From positions 16,306,001-16,370,000 of the forward strand of contig NC_043008.1 of assembly GCF_006345805.1 (NCBI RefSeq): 64,000 bases of DNA. The letters run 5' to 3'. Of the stretch, positions 27,240 through 39,860 are shown one piece after another (position 1 is the first letter of the stretch; every line of letters starts with the position of its first letter). The notes beneath the pieces were generated by a model, which saw only the letters and a list, made by a program, of their open reading frames with translations, searched no databases and had not been told where the DNA came from. The DNA is from Octopus sinensis (Eukaryota). Made by a program: the position numbers and the translations under genes.

Positions 27240-27505
27240 GTATTAAAAGTAAGTATTGCTTTCTGAGAAAAACAATTATCTTACACAAAAAGCAAGGCTA
27301 TAAGTTTAGAACTCGTATGAAACAGGGTCCTGACTTCCTTTTCTCTTGGACTTACTTCCGTCTCTGTTTCTGAAGAAGAGCTTTGCTCGAAACTTAAAAC
27401 TATATTTTGCTTCCTTCCCTGAGCGTCTGCTAATACTTTGCATGTACCACCTCCCCGCGTTTTTGTTTTCCTGTGGTCTTTCTTCGTTTTATTTGCACGG
27501 GCGTA
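27240..27505 (+). mobile_element. PLE pLTR-like repeat related to family E
   Basis: Shares hammerhead motif and downstream CCTGAGCGT..CTAATAC..GTAC(A)CCA with 53684-53860; ends at (TA)n; upstream boundary uncertain. Confidence 0.55.
27366..27400 (+). ncRNA. Minimal type I hammerhead ribozyme motif
   Basis: GTTT-CTGAAGA-A-GAGC TTT GCTC-GAAA-C-TTA-AAAC: intact core, 4-bp helix II, 4-bp helix I, vestigial helix III. Confidence 0.6.
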
Positions 27506-27510
27506 TTAAC

Positions 27511-27565
<55 letters not shown>

Positions 27566-27816
27566 GTGTGTGTGTGTGTGTGTGTGTGTGTGTAAGTGTG
27601 TATGTAAGTATGTATGTATGTATATATACGATCTTCTTGTATAGCAAAATTTCCCCTTCTCTAACCTCACGTTAATTTTTACGGCCCTCAACTTACATTT
27701 CTTAGTATTTTATTATTTTTATATTTTCCTTTAGATTCGTTTGCTTTTGATTATTTATGTGCGTATACAAACAACTCTCACACGCACAAATACACCGACA
27801 CGCAAAAACAGATACT

Positions 27817-27853
<37 letters not shown>

Positions 27854-28604
27854 GAATACATACCTATTCACGCACATCCTCACACACAGAAACACACATA
27901 CCGTACTAGAAATACAGTCTTGGTGTGTTTTTGTACTCTTCCTAACTTTTGGCATAAGGCCAGTAAAGTTGAAATCGGTAACATAGACCCAATATTCAAT
28001 TGACATTTAGTATATCAACTCCATAAAGATGAAAAGCTAAGATAACCTCGGCAGAATTTGAACGCAGATCGTAAAGAGCAGGAAAAAAAATGCATCTAAT
28101 CATATAGCCCGGTGAGCTAACAATTCTTCCACTCCGCCACCTTTCGTGTATCTCCGTATTACTTCGTGCATATGTTGTGCGACTAGAAAAATTTTCTTTT
28201 AAACCAAGATCACAATTCTGAGGAGTGGCTTTGTCATTAATTGATTTATCAATAACATTCACCTTAACAGACAATTCACTGGAACAGTTACTTCAAAGCT
28301 GTCATTGTAATTCTTCCCTCTCCACCTTCTGTTTCCATCTTTTGTTAATGACTTCTAATTTATACCAATATTTCCCTCTCATTCCCCCCGTTCCCTCTAT
28401 GTTATATTTACTATTTCATTACATTTCCCAACTCTCTTTTAGTAATACACTATTATATAAAAGAAAAATGAATCATCTTAAGATCAATCATTTGAAACGG
28501 TTGTACTGGTAAAACTTTCGTTTAAACAGCATTAATATTATATAATATTTTGATTCTATCAGCAGCAGTGCTTCACTTATTCAGTGCAGGTTTAATACAG
28601 TTAA

Positions 28605-28990
28605 GTGGAGGTGCAATGGCCCAGTGGTTAGGGCAGCGGACTCGCGGTCGTAGGATCGCGATTTCGATTCCCAGACCGGGTGTTGTGAGTGTTTATTGAG
28701 CGAAAACACCTAAAAGTTCCACGGGGCTCCGGCAGGGGATGGTGGTGATCCCTGCTGTACTCTTTCACCACAACCTTCTCTCACTCTTACTTCCTGTTTC
28801 TGTTGTACCTGTATTTCAAAGGGCCGGCCTTGTCACGCTCTGTGTCACGCTGAATATCCCCGAGAACTACGTTAAGGGTGCACGTGTCTGTGGAGTGCTC
28901 AGCCACTTACACGTTAATTTCACGAGCAGGCAGTTCCGTTGATCGGATCAACCGGAACCCTCATCGTCGTAACCGACAGAGTGCTTCCAC
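28605..28990 (+). mobile_element. SINE family B, full-length
   Basis: tRNA-Arg-like head; body nearly identical to the 2894 and 32691 copies. Confidence 0.92.
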
Positions 28991-29166
28991 ACAATACAGT
29001 TAAATACTTCGGTATTCAAACCTATAAAACAAACAATGATATGTATTCGTGTATGATTTTTCTTTGAGCTGTTTGAAGTTCTTGAGAAAGTTCAAGTCGG
29101 TCGCTAACAAAGCGACAAGACTTTTTGAATTATGTATGTATAATTGTAAATATGTATGTATGTGTT

Positions 29167-29433
29167 CTCTTTTTTTTTTTTTCAGTCACTTGACTGCGGC
29201 CATGATGGAGCACCACCGTTAGTCGACCAAATCGACTCCAGGACTTATTCTTCGTAAGCCTAGTATTTATCAATCAATCTCTTTTTTCCAATCGCTAAGT
29301 TACAAACAAGTAAACACACCAACATCAGTTGTCAAGCAATATTGGGGGGACAAACACAGACACTCAAACACACAGGCACACACACACATACACACATACC
29401 TACATACATACATTCATACACACACACACACGC

Positions 29434-29468
<35 letters not shown>

Positions 29469-29474
29469 ATATGC

Positions 29475-29505
<31 letters not shown>

Positions 29506-29656
29506 CGTGTATACGACGGGCTTCTTTCAGTTTCTGCCTACAAATTCCACTAACAAATTTTAGTTGGCCCGTGGCTATAGTAGAAGACACTTGGCTAAGG
29601 TGTCACGCAGCAGGACTAAATCAGAACCATGTGGTTGGTAAGCAAGCTATTTACCA
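29167..29656 (-). mobile_element. SINE family A, diverged
   Basis: Head, expanded internal microsatellite and 3' body, reverse strand. Confidence 0.85.
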
Positions 29657-29892
29657 AACTGTACTTTTATCAAGTAGAGTGAACTCATTAGACCGCAGCA
29701 GAGTCACAAGTGTTAAGTATGATTTGTCTGAAAGCACAACGTTTTTAATGGGTCCTCCGACTCGAGTGGACAGTCATCATATGTATATCTGTATGTATGT
29801 ACCTTTGCATGTATGAATGTATGCATGCATGTATGTTTGTGTATGTGTGTATGTATGTGTATGTTGTTATGTATGAATGTGTGTGTGTGTGT

Positions 29893-30730
29893 GTCAGGTC
29901 TCCGCTTGGAGCTACTGGTAACATGTAACCCAGTACAACCTGTTACATGGTCGGGTCGTTGGCGACTAAACTGGCAACCCCACCAAGATTTCTTGGTGAG
30001 GAGGGTGATTTGGACACCCAGCAGGACTAAAAACAAAACCTGTCAAAGGGCAGAGGAACTCTCTCATGTGTCAATGGCCATCCAAAATCCGGAGTGGAGC
30101 CCCTAAGGCGGTTGGATTGCGCCATGCGTGCCACCTTCCGGCAGCTCCTGCATCTTGGTCTACCCCCAGTCGTCTTGACTTTGTCTTGCCACTGGATCCG
30201 GCGCACCAGGACGAGAGAGTGAGGCTGATCCTGCGCAAGTCACCCTCACTATAATCCAAGTCACGCGCATGTCACGACATCATGACGCCATGACACCATC
30301 CCAAAGTCCTGTGGCGATGGGGAAACGGCGAAGTAGCAGGTGAGGATACACTGGGAGCTGCAGTCGTGAACCCACACACAGGCGGCTCAGGACATGTGGT
30401 CGCCCCTCACTGAACTTAGACAGCAGTGGAGTCCGGCAGCCTCCTGAGTGACCGAGCAGCCCTCTTCAGGATCGCTCTGCTCGCCTCCCCAGCATGAGGA
30501 CGGGGCTAGAAAAGGTTGCCCTAAACATAGCCTGCCTCACCTCACCCTGGTCAGCAAACCGCGGCTGGCGGGGATCCTTTCCAAGCGGTCGAAACAAAGA
30601 AAGAAGAACCCACTTCTGCCCCACCTGTGGGAGGGGCTTCCTTGCCCGGATTGGCCTCACCAGCTACCTCCGGTCCCATGGCGGCAGTTCCATCAGATGA
30701 TGTCAGTTGGTCATCTTCGAACCGAAGGAC
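29893..30730 (+). mobile_element. Internally deleted RTE (BovB-like) LINE retaining 5' region and 3' end
   Basis: GC-rich 5' UTR/leader ending ...SGRNKERR joined in frame to C-terminal HFCPTCGRGFLARIGLTSYLRSH; 3' stem-loop CTTCG-AAAC-CGAAG; no APE or RT. Confidence 0.75.
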
Positions 30731-30744
30731 GAACATTATTACGT

Positions 30745-31240
30745 ATGCATGGATATATGTATGTATATATGTATATAGGTATGTCTGAAAGTAGGTGTGT
30801 ATGTGTGTATGTATGTATGAATGTATGTGTGTGTCTGCGTGTATGTATGTATGTTTGTATGTTTGTATGCATGTGCGTGTATGCGTGTATGTATGTATGT
30901 ATGTGAGTATGTTTGTATGTCTGTATGTGAGTATGTTTGTATGTATGTGTGTGTATTTATTTATGTATGTATGTATGTATTTATGTATGCATGTATGTGT
31001 GTATGTATGTATTTAGGGCTGCATGAAAACATCGCACAAAGATATTCTGAATAAATACAAATAAGAATGGTGCTTAGCGTTATAATAAATAATTCCCGAA
31101 ATTTAAGCAGAAATACATGTATGTATGAATATATGTATATATATGTATGTATATATATATCTATGAATACATGCACGCATGCATGCATGCATGCATGCAT
31201 GTATGTATGTATGTGTGTATGTATGCATGTGTGTATATTT
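30745..31240. repeat. (GTAT)n/(GCAT)n tetranucleotide tracts
   Basis: Direct inspection. Confidence 0.9.
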
Positions 31241-31969
31241 CGTTTTTGGCATGCAACAACCTGCTGCGAAATCGTGCAATGAAACACATGTTTATGTATC
31301 TTGGAAGGGTTATGTTGATATGAAACGCATCCACTGAATCGATTTCCCTCTTCATATTATTATTATTATTAGTCAACTAGTTAATTGTTGAAGCAATTGA
31401 CTAATTGATGGCTTGATTAATCTTTCGGTCAATCTTTCAATCAAGCAGCCAGGATCGACAGAGCCTGTTCACCGCCATTCGTGACCTTATCTATAACATG
31501 CCTGCGCTGCCTGTTCTGTCTCTCCGTCTCCTAGCATTCAGATTATATTTATGGGTTTGTTAGGAAGAATGTGTGAAAAAGAGGGTTATGTGCGCGAGTA
31601 TATTCTATAAGTGGTATGTGAGTGAGTACCTGTATGTGTGTGCATGTGTGTGTGTATGTGTGTGTGTGGGGGGGTACGTATGCGTGCTTGCCTTTGTATG
31701 TCTGTGTGGTGTTGGCTGTGAAAGCTGTGAGTGAAAGCTAATTGTCCTTCTTTTTCTATTCTGTGGTTACTGACTTTGTGAATAGGGAGCGTATATGTTG
31801 GTGTGCGCGTCGTTGTGTGTGCGTGCGAGTACATTCAAGTCCAGCTAATTTGTTTATTTATTTAGTTATTTATTTTATGTTTAATTGTGGGGATGGGCCA
31901 GTTCATATTACAGTTTTATGTTGCTCTTCGTCTTTCGTTTATTGTCAATGAAAGAATGAATTTATATAT

Positions 31970-32200
31970 ATTTCTTTACTACCCACAAGGGGCTAAACAC
32001 AAAGTGGACAAACAAGGACAGACGGACGGATTAAGTCGATTACATCGGCGCCAGTGCGTAACTGGTACTTATTTTATCGACCCCGAAAGGATGAAAGGCA
32101 AAGTCGACCTCGGCGGAATTTGAACCCTGAACGTAACGGCAGACGAAATACGGCTACAAATGTCGCCCGGCGTGCTAACGTTTCTGCCAGTTCGTCGCCT
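31970..32200 (-). mobile_element. SINE family C, full-length
   Basis: Reverse complement of the 25242-25472 type. Confidence 0.9.
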
Positions 32201-32246
32201 TGAAACAGAAATGCCGTTCCCACCAACATACTTTAGTTGATTTCCT

Positions 32247-32320
32247 CGACTAAAGGCGGTGCTCCAGCATGTCCGCAGCCAAATGACTGAAACAAGTAAA
32301 AGAGTAAAAGAGTAAAAGAA
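32247..32320 (+). mobile_element. SINE family A, tail fragment
   Basis: TCGACTAAAGGCGGTGCTCCAGCATG...AAGTAAAAGAGTAAAAGAG. Confidence 0.85.
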
Positions 32321-32384
32321 GTATACTTATGATGATGTTGTGGATAATGTTGATCTGAAGAGGTATACTTAAGATACTATTATT

Positions 32385-32459
32385 TATTTTGTTGTGTGGA
32401 CTCCCAAAAATCGTATAAGGACCCTCAGGGACCATATGGTCTCCAGCTGAGAACCACTG
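32385..32459 (-). mobile_element. hAT (Charlie-like) MITE terminus
   Basis: Minus strand CAGTGGTTCTCAGCTGG..., a typical hAT end; the other end was not found. Confidence 0.45.
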
Positions 32460-32690
32460 GTTTAACATGTATATAACAGTGTCTGATTGATATCATACAC
32501 GTCGAGCAATTTAATGCGAAGATACATACGTGTGATGGCATACATCAGCAATACTCAGCAGTTTGCATTTACATGTGGATTCGTATATGATCTCATATAG
32601 TTAGCGTGTTTGTGTGTGTTTGAGAGAGAGAAAGTGAAACAGAGAGAGATGTGTGACTGTGTTCTGTGCATGTGTGAGATTATAAACTAT

Positions 32691-33078
32691 GTGGTGGAAG
32701 CACTCCGTCGGTTACGACGATGAGGGTTCCGGTTGATCCGAATCAACGGAACAGCCTGCTCATGAAATTAACGTGTAAGTGGCTGAGCACTCCCCAGACA
32801 CGTGTACCCTTAACGTAGTTCTCGGGGATATTCAGCGTGACACAGAGAGTGACAAGGCCGGCCCTTTGAAATACAGGTACAACAGAAACAGGACGTAAGA
32901 GTGAGAGAAAGTTGTGGTGAAAGAGTATAGCAGGGATCACCACCATCCCCTGCCGGAGCCTCGTGGAGCTTCAGGTGTTTTCGCTCAATAAACACTCACA
33001 ACGCCCGGTCTGGGAATCGAAGTCGCGATCCTATGACCGCGAGTCCGCTGCCCTAACCACTGGGCCATTGCGCCTCCA
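32691..33078 (-). mobile_element. SINE family B, full-length
   Basis: Near-identical to 2894-3274. Confidence 0.92.
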
Positions 33079-33180
33079 TAAACTATGTATGTATGTGTGT
33101 GTAAAGATTAGTCCTTTGATAAACAAACTCTTTATTCTCTCATCATATGTTGATTCCTTGTCTCACTGTCTATTCGATAT

Positions 33181-33561
33181 CTTTTATCTGGTTCAGTCAA
33201 TATCACTGCGGCCATACTGTAGCACCGCCTTTAGTCGAAAAAATCGACCACAGGAATTATTCTTTGTGAGCCCAGTAATTATTGTATCGAACACTTTTGC
33301 CAAACCGCTAAGTTACGGGGATTTAAACACACCAACATCTGTTGTCAAACGATGATATGGGAACAAACACAGACACACAAACAAACTCACACGCATATAC
33401 GACGGGCTTCTTTCAGTTTCCACCTACCAAATTCGCTCCTAAGGCTTTGGTCGGCCCGAGGCTACAGTAGAAGACACTTGCCTAAGGTGCCACGCAGTGG
33501 GACTGAACCCGTAACCATGTGGTTAGGAAGCAAGCTTCTTACCACACAGCCACTCCTGCGT
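33181..33561 (-). mobile_element. SINE family A
   Basis: Head to tail on reverse strand, short internal repeat. Confidence 0.88.
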
Positions 33562-33899
33562 CTATTTGCAATCTATCAATATATTATTTTCCCTTCCATC
33601 TTCTTTGTTTTCTCTACTTTCATATAACAAAATGTCTTTCTGCTTTCCTTTTCCATTTTATATCTAAAACAAAAAACTTGTCAGTCCGCCTCATAGCGCC
33701 GGCGGACACAATAGAAGAAAGCGTTGCTCCGGAAGACGGCGAGGAAGACGCGCTGGAACAGAGGGATCGATCTTGCGGATAGCCATCTCTGCCCCAATGG
33801 CAATGAATTGAGATATTGAGGTCTCCATTGTCATATGCTCGACCACAAATGTGTCAGAGAGTGAAAATACACAAATAGGATAAAGTGATTGAACTTAAT

Positions 33900-34312
33900 A
33901 GGAGTGGCTGTGTGGTAAGTACCTTGCTTATGAACTACATGGTTCCGGGTTCAGTCCCACTGGGTGGCACATTGGGCAAGCGTTTTCTACTACAGCCTTG
34001 GGCCGACCAAAGCATTGTGAGTAGATTTGGTAAACGGAAACTGAAAGAAGCCCGTCGTATATATCTATGTATATATGTATGTGTGTGTGTTTGTGTGTCT
34101 TTGTTTGTCCCCCCCCCCCCGCAACATCGCTTGACAACCGATGCTGGTGTGTTCACGTCCCCGTAACTTAGCGGTTCGGCAAAAGGGACCGATAGAATAA
34201 GTGCTAGGCTTACAAACAATAAGTCCTAGGGTCGACTTGCTCGACTAAAGGCGGTGCTCCAGCATGGCCACAGTCAAATGACTGAAACAAGTAAAAGAGT
34301 AAAAAGAGTAAA
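33900..34312 (+). mobile_element. SINE family A, full-length
   Basis: Head, internal (TA)(TG), body, tail. Confidence 0.9.
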
Positions 34313-34809
34313 AGATTAAATGGTCCCAAATACTGACACGCGTACCTTCCCACACGCAGCGATGATAATGACACTAACAATAAAAAAGAAAAAATGAACG
34401 TTTCCCTACTCACAGCCTTCGCAGAGTACACACAACACACATTTCAACAACCACCCACACACATAGTCAGAACACCATTTTTAGTCTTCTCACAAAATAT
34501 ATGTCTCATGTGCGCACAGTCGTGCATTTACAGACGCATAAGCACATGCATTGACTAACTCACATACACACACAAACGCACGTACACACAGATACAAAAT
34601 ATTTTTTCACATGTTCACTCACTGTTCTCCTGTCATAATCGGAAAAGTAGAAAACGAACAAACATGTAGTATTAAGGACATCTCATTGATGAGGTCTCAA
34701 ATGGTAACTAAAACACGCTGACGAACCGAGCTGATTGACTAAATCAACCCGCCGATTAATCAAGTCATCTATTTGTTAATTAGCAGAATAGTCAACAAGT
34801 TGAATAATA

Positions 34810-34897
34810 ATAATGTTAACAACAACAACAAAAAATAACAACAACTACAACAACAACAATAATAATAATAATAATGATAATAATAATAATAATAATA

Positions 34898-34942
<45 letters not shown>

Positions 34943-34945
34943 ATA
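34810..34945. repeat. (AAC)n(AAT)n switching to inverted (ATT)n
   Basis: AAT repeats flip to ATT repeats at ~34898. Confidence 0.9.
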
Positions 34946-34947
34946 TA

Positions 34948-35264
34948 ATGTGTTGAGAGGGATTCTTTGGGGTTTGAATAATTCACCTCTGGAAACATGG
35001 GTGGTTCTTTCAACATCCTTAAACAACCCTTATTCAGGGACCTTTTGAGCGAGATGGGCTACTCAACCTGAAGAAAATTCTAACTAGGCCCCACCTGCAA
35101 GGTCATGTGCTGTTTATCTTGATATGAGATCACCATGTCGCGCACATATGGTTATGATGCAGGTGCCTGGTGTACCCTTATCAGAGGGTAGTCATGATGG
35201 GTATATTGGGCTTCGTATATTTTACCCCAGTGTCACTTTGATGACATGCACTGCTCTCTCACTC
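34948..35264 (+). mobile_element. Family D element, right half only
   Basis: Matches ~51022-51340; ends CTCTCACTC-(AAT)n; orientation is a working assumption. Confidence 0.85.
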
Positions 35265-35295
<31 letters not shown>

Positions 35296-35631
35296 GCCCT
35301 GATCCAGTACCAGGCAGTTGCTCTCATGGCTACTGATCTCAACTGATTGGAAGTGTTATCGTGTACATTGTTTTGTCTTTGTATAAAAGATGGGCTACAG
35401 CAAAAATTCTATTCAATACCACAGATTTGCTTGTCAGTTTGACCTTAACCAATTGACCATGTCCCTTAGTGGCTGACGATATGTGCATCTCTGATCATGT
35501 GCAGAAATAGTGGGGGAGCATCATAGCCATGTGTTGAGAGGGATTCTTTGGGGTTCGGATAATTCACATTTGGAAACATGGGTGGTTCGTTCAACATTCT
35601 TAAACGATCCTTATTCAGGGAGCTTTTGAGC
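35296..35631 (+). mobile_element. Family D element, left part, truncated by SINE A
   Basis: Starts (AAT)n-AAAT-GCCCTGA exactly as at 50787. Confidence 0.85.
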
Positions 35632-35761
35632 TAACGAACCACATGGTTCCGGGTTCAGTCCCTCTGCGTGGCACGTTGGGCAAGTGTCTTCTACTATAGC
35701 CTTGGGCCGACCAATGCCTTGTGAGTGGATTTGGTCGACGGAAACCGAAAGAAGCCCATCG

Positions 35762-35821
<60 letters not shown>

Positions 35822-36065
35822 TGTGTGTGTGTACGTGTGTGTGTATATTTCTGTGTCTGTGTTTGTCCTTCCCTCAACATCGCTTGACAACCGATACTGG
35901 TGTGTTTACGTTCCCGTAACTTAGGCGTTCGGCAAAAGAGTCCTATAGAATAAGTACTAGGATTACAAAGAATAAGCCTTGTGATCGATTTGCTCTACTA
36001 AAAAAAGGCGGTGCTCCAGCATCGCCACAGTCAAAATGACTGAGACAAGTGAAATAGTAAAAGAG
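35632..36065 (+). mobile_element. SINE family A (slightly 5'-truncated) abutting family D
   Basis: AACCACATGGTTCCGGGTTCAGTCCC through tail. Confidence 0.88.
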
Positions 36066-36122
36066 TATCCCGAAATGTAACACACGACCTCACATCAAAA
36101 TACAAAGATGAGAATGTACACT

Positions 36123-36388
36123 GTTATCTGTATAAACGTGTATTTCCTATCCATAGGTTTATTAGTATCACATTAGTATAATTGTATACGTTATCTGTAT
36201 AAACGTGTATTTCCTATCCATAGGTTTATTAGTATCACATTAGTATAATTGTATACGTTATCTGTATAAACGTGTATTTCCTATCCATAGGTTTATTAGT
36301 ATCACATTAGTATAATTGTATACGTTATCTGTATAAACGTGTATTTTCTATCTATATATTTATTGGTATCACATTAGTATAATTGTAT
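36123..36388. repeat. 67-bp minisatellite, 4 copies
   Basis: Units start at 36123, 36190, 36257, 36324; first three identical, fourth diverged. Confidence 0.95.
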
Positions 36389-36991
36389 ATTTCTATAACA
36401 TTCAACGACATGACCAGTGTCATATTATTAACACAACGCCAAGATAACCTCTATTTGATTTATAATTATATAAGTTAAAGTCTAACTCGAATTTGCGTAT
36501 TATACATTCAAGTACAATTGTGGATTTCTATTATATAATATTGTTCAGCGTTGCATTGTCAATTCGCCTAATTGTCAGTTATAATACAAACGATTTCATT
36601 AAATTCAGAAAATATTACTCCAGTAGTGACATATCAATAATAAATATTGTTCTACTGTAATTATATTATTATAAATTTATAATAATGCAGTGCAGTGGTA
36701 GCTATTTTATAACATATTTCAACCTTTTTGTGTTCAACATGATTGCTCAAGTTGTTATAATATTTATTATTTATCATTCGACCCCACGTTCTTTATAATA
36801 GATCTCAGTTCTTTACTAATGATTAGAATTGCAAATTCTCTTCGAATATTAACACATCGCATACACACATGTACACATGCATATATATATACATATATGT
36901 ATATGTATATATACAAATATGTATATGTATATATACATACTTACATGTATATATATACATATACACATATATATATATATTATAGCTTTAT

Positions 36992-37045
<54 letters not shown>

Positions 37046-37217
37046 CTATGTGTAATTTATCATTGTTTACAAATAATACGTAAAAAATATATAAATAGTT
37101 ACCAGGGTAGCAAAAATTTACATAAGTACGAAAGATGTAACAGCCTACTTATAAAAGTAGAAATTCCAGGCTTTGGTGAAAATGTTTTTGTATTTCATAG
37201 ATAAATAAATAAATGGA

Positions 37218-37342
37218 GTAACTGGTACTTATTTTATCGACCCCGAAAGGATGAAAGGCTAAGTCGACCTCGGCGGAATTTCAACCTTGAACCTAACGGC
37301 AGACGAAATACGGCTACGCATTTCGGCCGGCGTGCTAACGTT
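37218..37342 (-). mobile_element. SINE family C, 5' part
   Basis: Core and head, reverse strand. Confidence 0.88.
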
Positions 37343-37375
37343 TAATAAAATTCAGGTGTTATTCAAATCTTTATA

Positions 37376-37462
37376 CTCCCGACATATGTTTCGAAGAAAA
37401 TATTGGTATTATTCCAGAAGGAATAAAACGATGTAAACAATACAATCTTCTCATCAGGGAAA
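37376..37462 (-). ncRNA. Type I hammerhead ribozyme (complete core)
   Basis: Minus strand TTTCC-CTGATGA-GAAGA..(extended helix II)..TCTTC-GAAA-CATATG-TC-GGGAG; palindromic helix III ACATATGT; GUC cleavage triplet. Confidence 0.75.
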
Positions 37463-38094
37463 AAGAGAGAGACAAAACGCATCAATAAAACATTTTAAAG
37501 GGGACTGTGTGGGAAAAAAAACTGATTTAGTTACCTTCTGTGAGCGAACATTGGTGGGCATATGATCTTTTGAAACCCACTCTTTTGTATACTACATGCA
37601 ATAGATACAAAATCCCCTCTTGTGTATACCTACACGAACCAGATACACATACACACTCAGAAGATTACTCACATACGCATACGCACACTTACTCACATAC
37701 AGCGCGGATAATACCCATTTGTACTAAATACATACAGCCACAGGTCAGTACACACACGCATATGTACACCAACAAACCAAATATCACATTCCAAACAGAG
37801 TCGACACTATTATGCTGGCCTAGCAATGGGTCATAGGAATTCAGATTGGAACACAGAACTGGAATTGCTATCATATTAATAACAGTATGTAAGCTGTGTT
37901 GACCAATAACAGTCCCATATTCAGAACCTGTCGTGGATTCGCCTCATTCGGCTTCTACGTTTCTGACGAGATAGGTTCGTTTGACGAGCTTTCCAAAATT
38001 GAAGAGTTGAATGGAATCGAATCAAACTGTTAATCAATAAAACCCCATAAATACCTTTCGTACCCCGTTTTTTCGTTTGTCCACTAACTTAAAC

Positions 38095-38580
<486 letters not shown>

Positions 38581-39069
38581 TTTATGACATACTATAAACA
38601 TATTCTATTTATTTCTCTTAAATAATATTTGTTAGACAAGAAATTTTTTTCTACTATTTTTGCAACAAAACCTAGAGAAAATGCCACTGTTCTTTTAATG
38701 ATGGTTTTCATATATATTTTAAAGAATCTTTCAATTCATACACTAAGCTATTGTTTTCATATGTTACATTAGTGCCAGCTCTGCTTTTGTTGGCAACAGA
38801 AGAATTCAATGAGAATGTGTAACGTTTGAACGTATTACAATGACTAAAGCACACAAAGACAATTACAAACAACAAAAGCATTTTACAATTTTCACAATGA
38901 ACAGAATTTGTATGGAGGTTGATGGTATATTTAATGTACAGTGTACAGAACTACATACACACGTAGACAAACTGAAAAACGTATGCGTATATTTACATAC
39001 ATATTCACACGCACACAAACGCACACACAGAGAAAAACACAAATACTCACACGCATATAGAAGCGAGAA

Positions 39070-39338
39070 AATATACATATATGTATATGTATGTATTCAT
39101 GTGTGTATATACATACATTTGAATGTATAAATATCTATAGATGTCAGTAAGGAAATAAATATATGGGAATGCGCAAATATTTGTGTATATATAGATATAT
39201 ACACATTGGTGTATGTATGTGGGTGCGTGTATATACAAGCGTGCGTCTTTGTCTCTTTGTGTTGTGTATGGAAGAGTGTTTTGCATATATATATATATGT
39301 ATATATGCATACATATATATATGTGTATGTATGTACAC

Positions 39339-39376
<38 letters not shown>

Positions 39377-39431
39377 ATATATATATGTATGTATGTATGT
39401 ATACATATATATATGTACATATATATATATG

Positions 39432-39481
<50 letters not shown>

Positions 39482-39761
39482 GTGGTATGTATATATATGT
39501 ATGTATATATGGTGTGAATAGCTATTGCACACAATATTAAAAAATATACGTATTTAATTGTGAAAATAGAATTACAATGAATTGAAAATGTATACACACG
39601 CACACAACATATATTAATATACGTATATGCATACATGTACAAACATACACACACATATATACGTATGTATATCTATATATAAGTATATTTATGGTTATAT
39701 ATATATATATATAAATTTTATATATGTACGTATGTCTATATGAGTATGTAGTATGTATGTT

Positions 39762-39800
<39 letters not shown>

Positions 39801-39860
39801 ATATATATATATATATTATATATATATTTATATATAAATTTCAATATATATATTTGTATG
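39070..39860. repeat. Degenerate (TA)n/(GTAT)n region
   Basis: Direct inspection. Confidence 0.9.

Noticed and set aside
28605-28680. tRNA genes at SINE heads
   Set aside because: A/B boxes are present but cloverleafs are imperfect and continue into shared SINE bodies.
36123-36388. CRISPR-like array interpretation of the 67-bp and 54-bp repeats
   Set aside because: Units are contiguous with no unique spacers, the context is eukaryotic and there are no cas genes.
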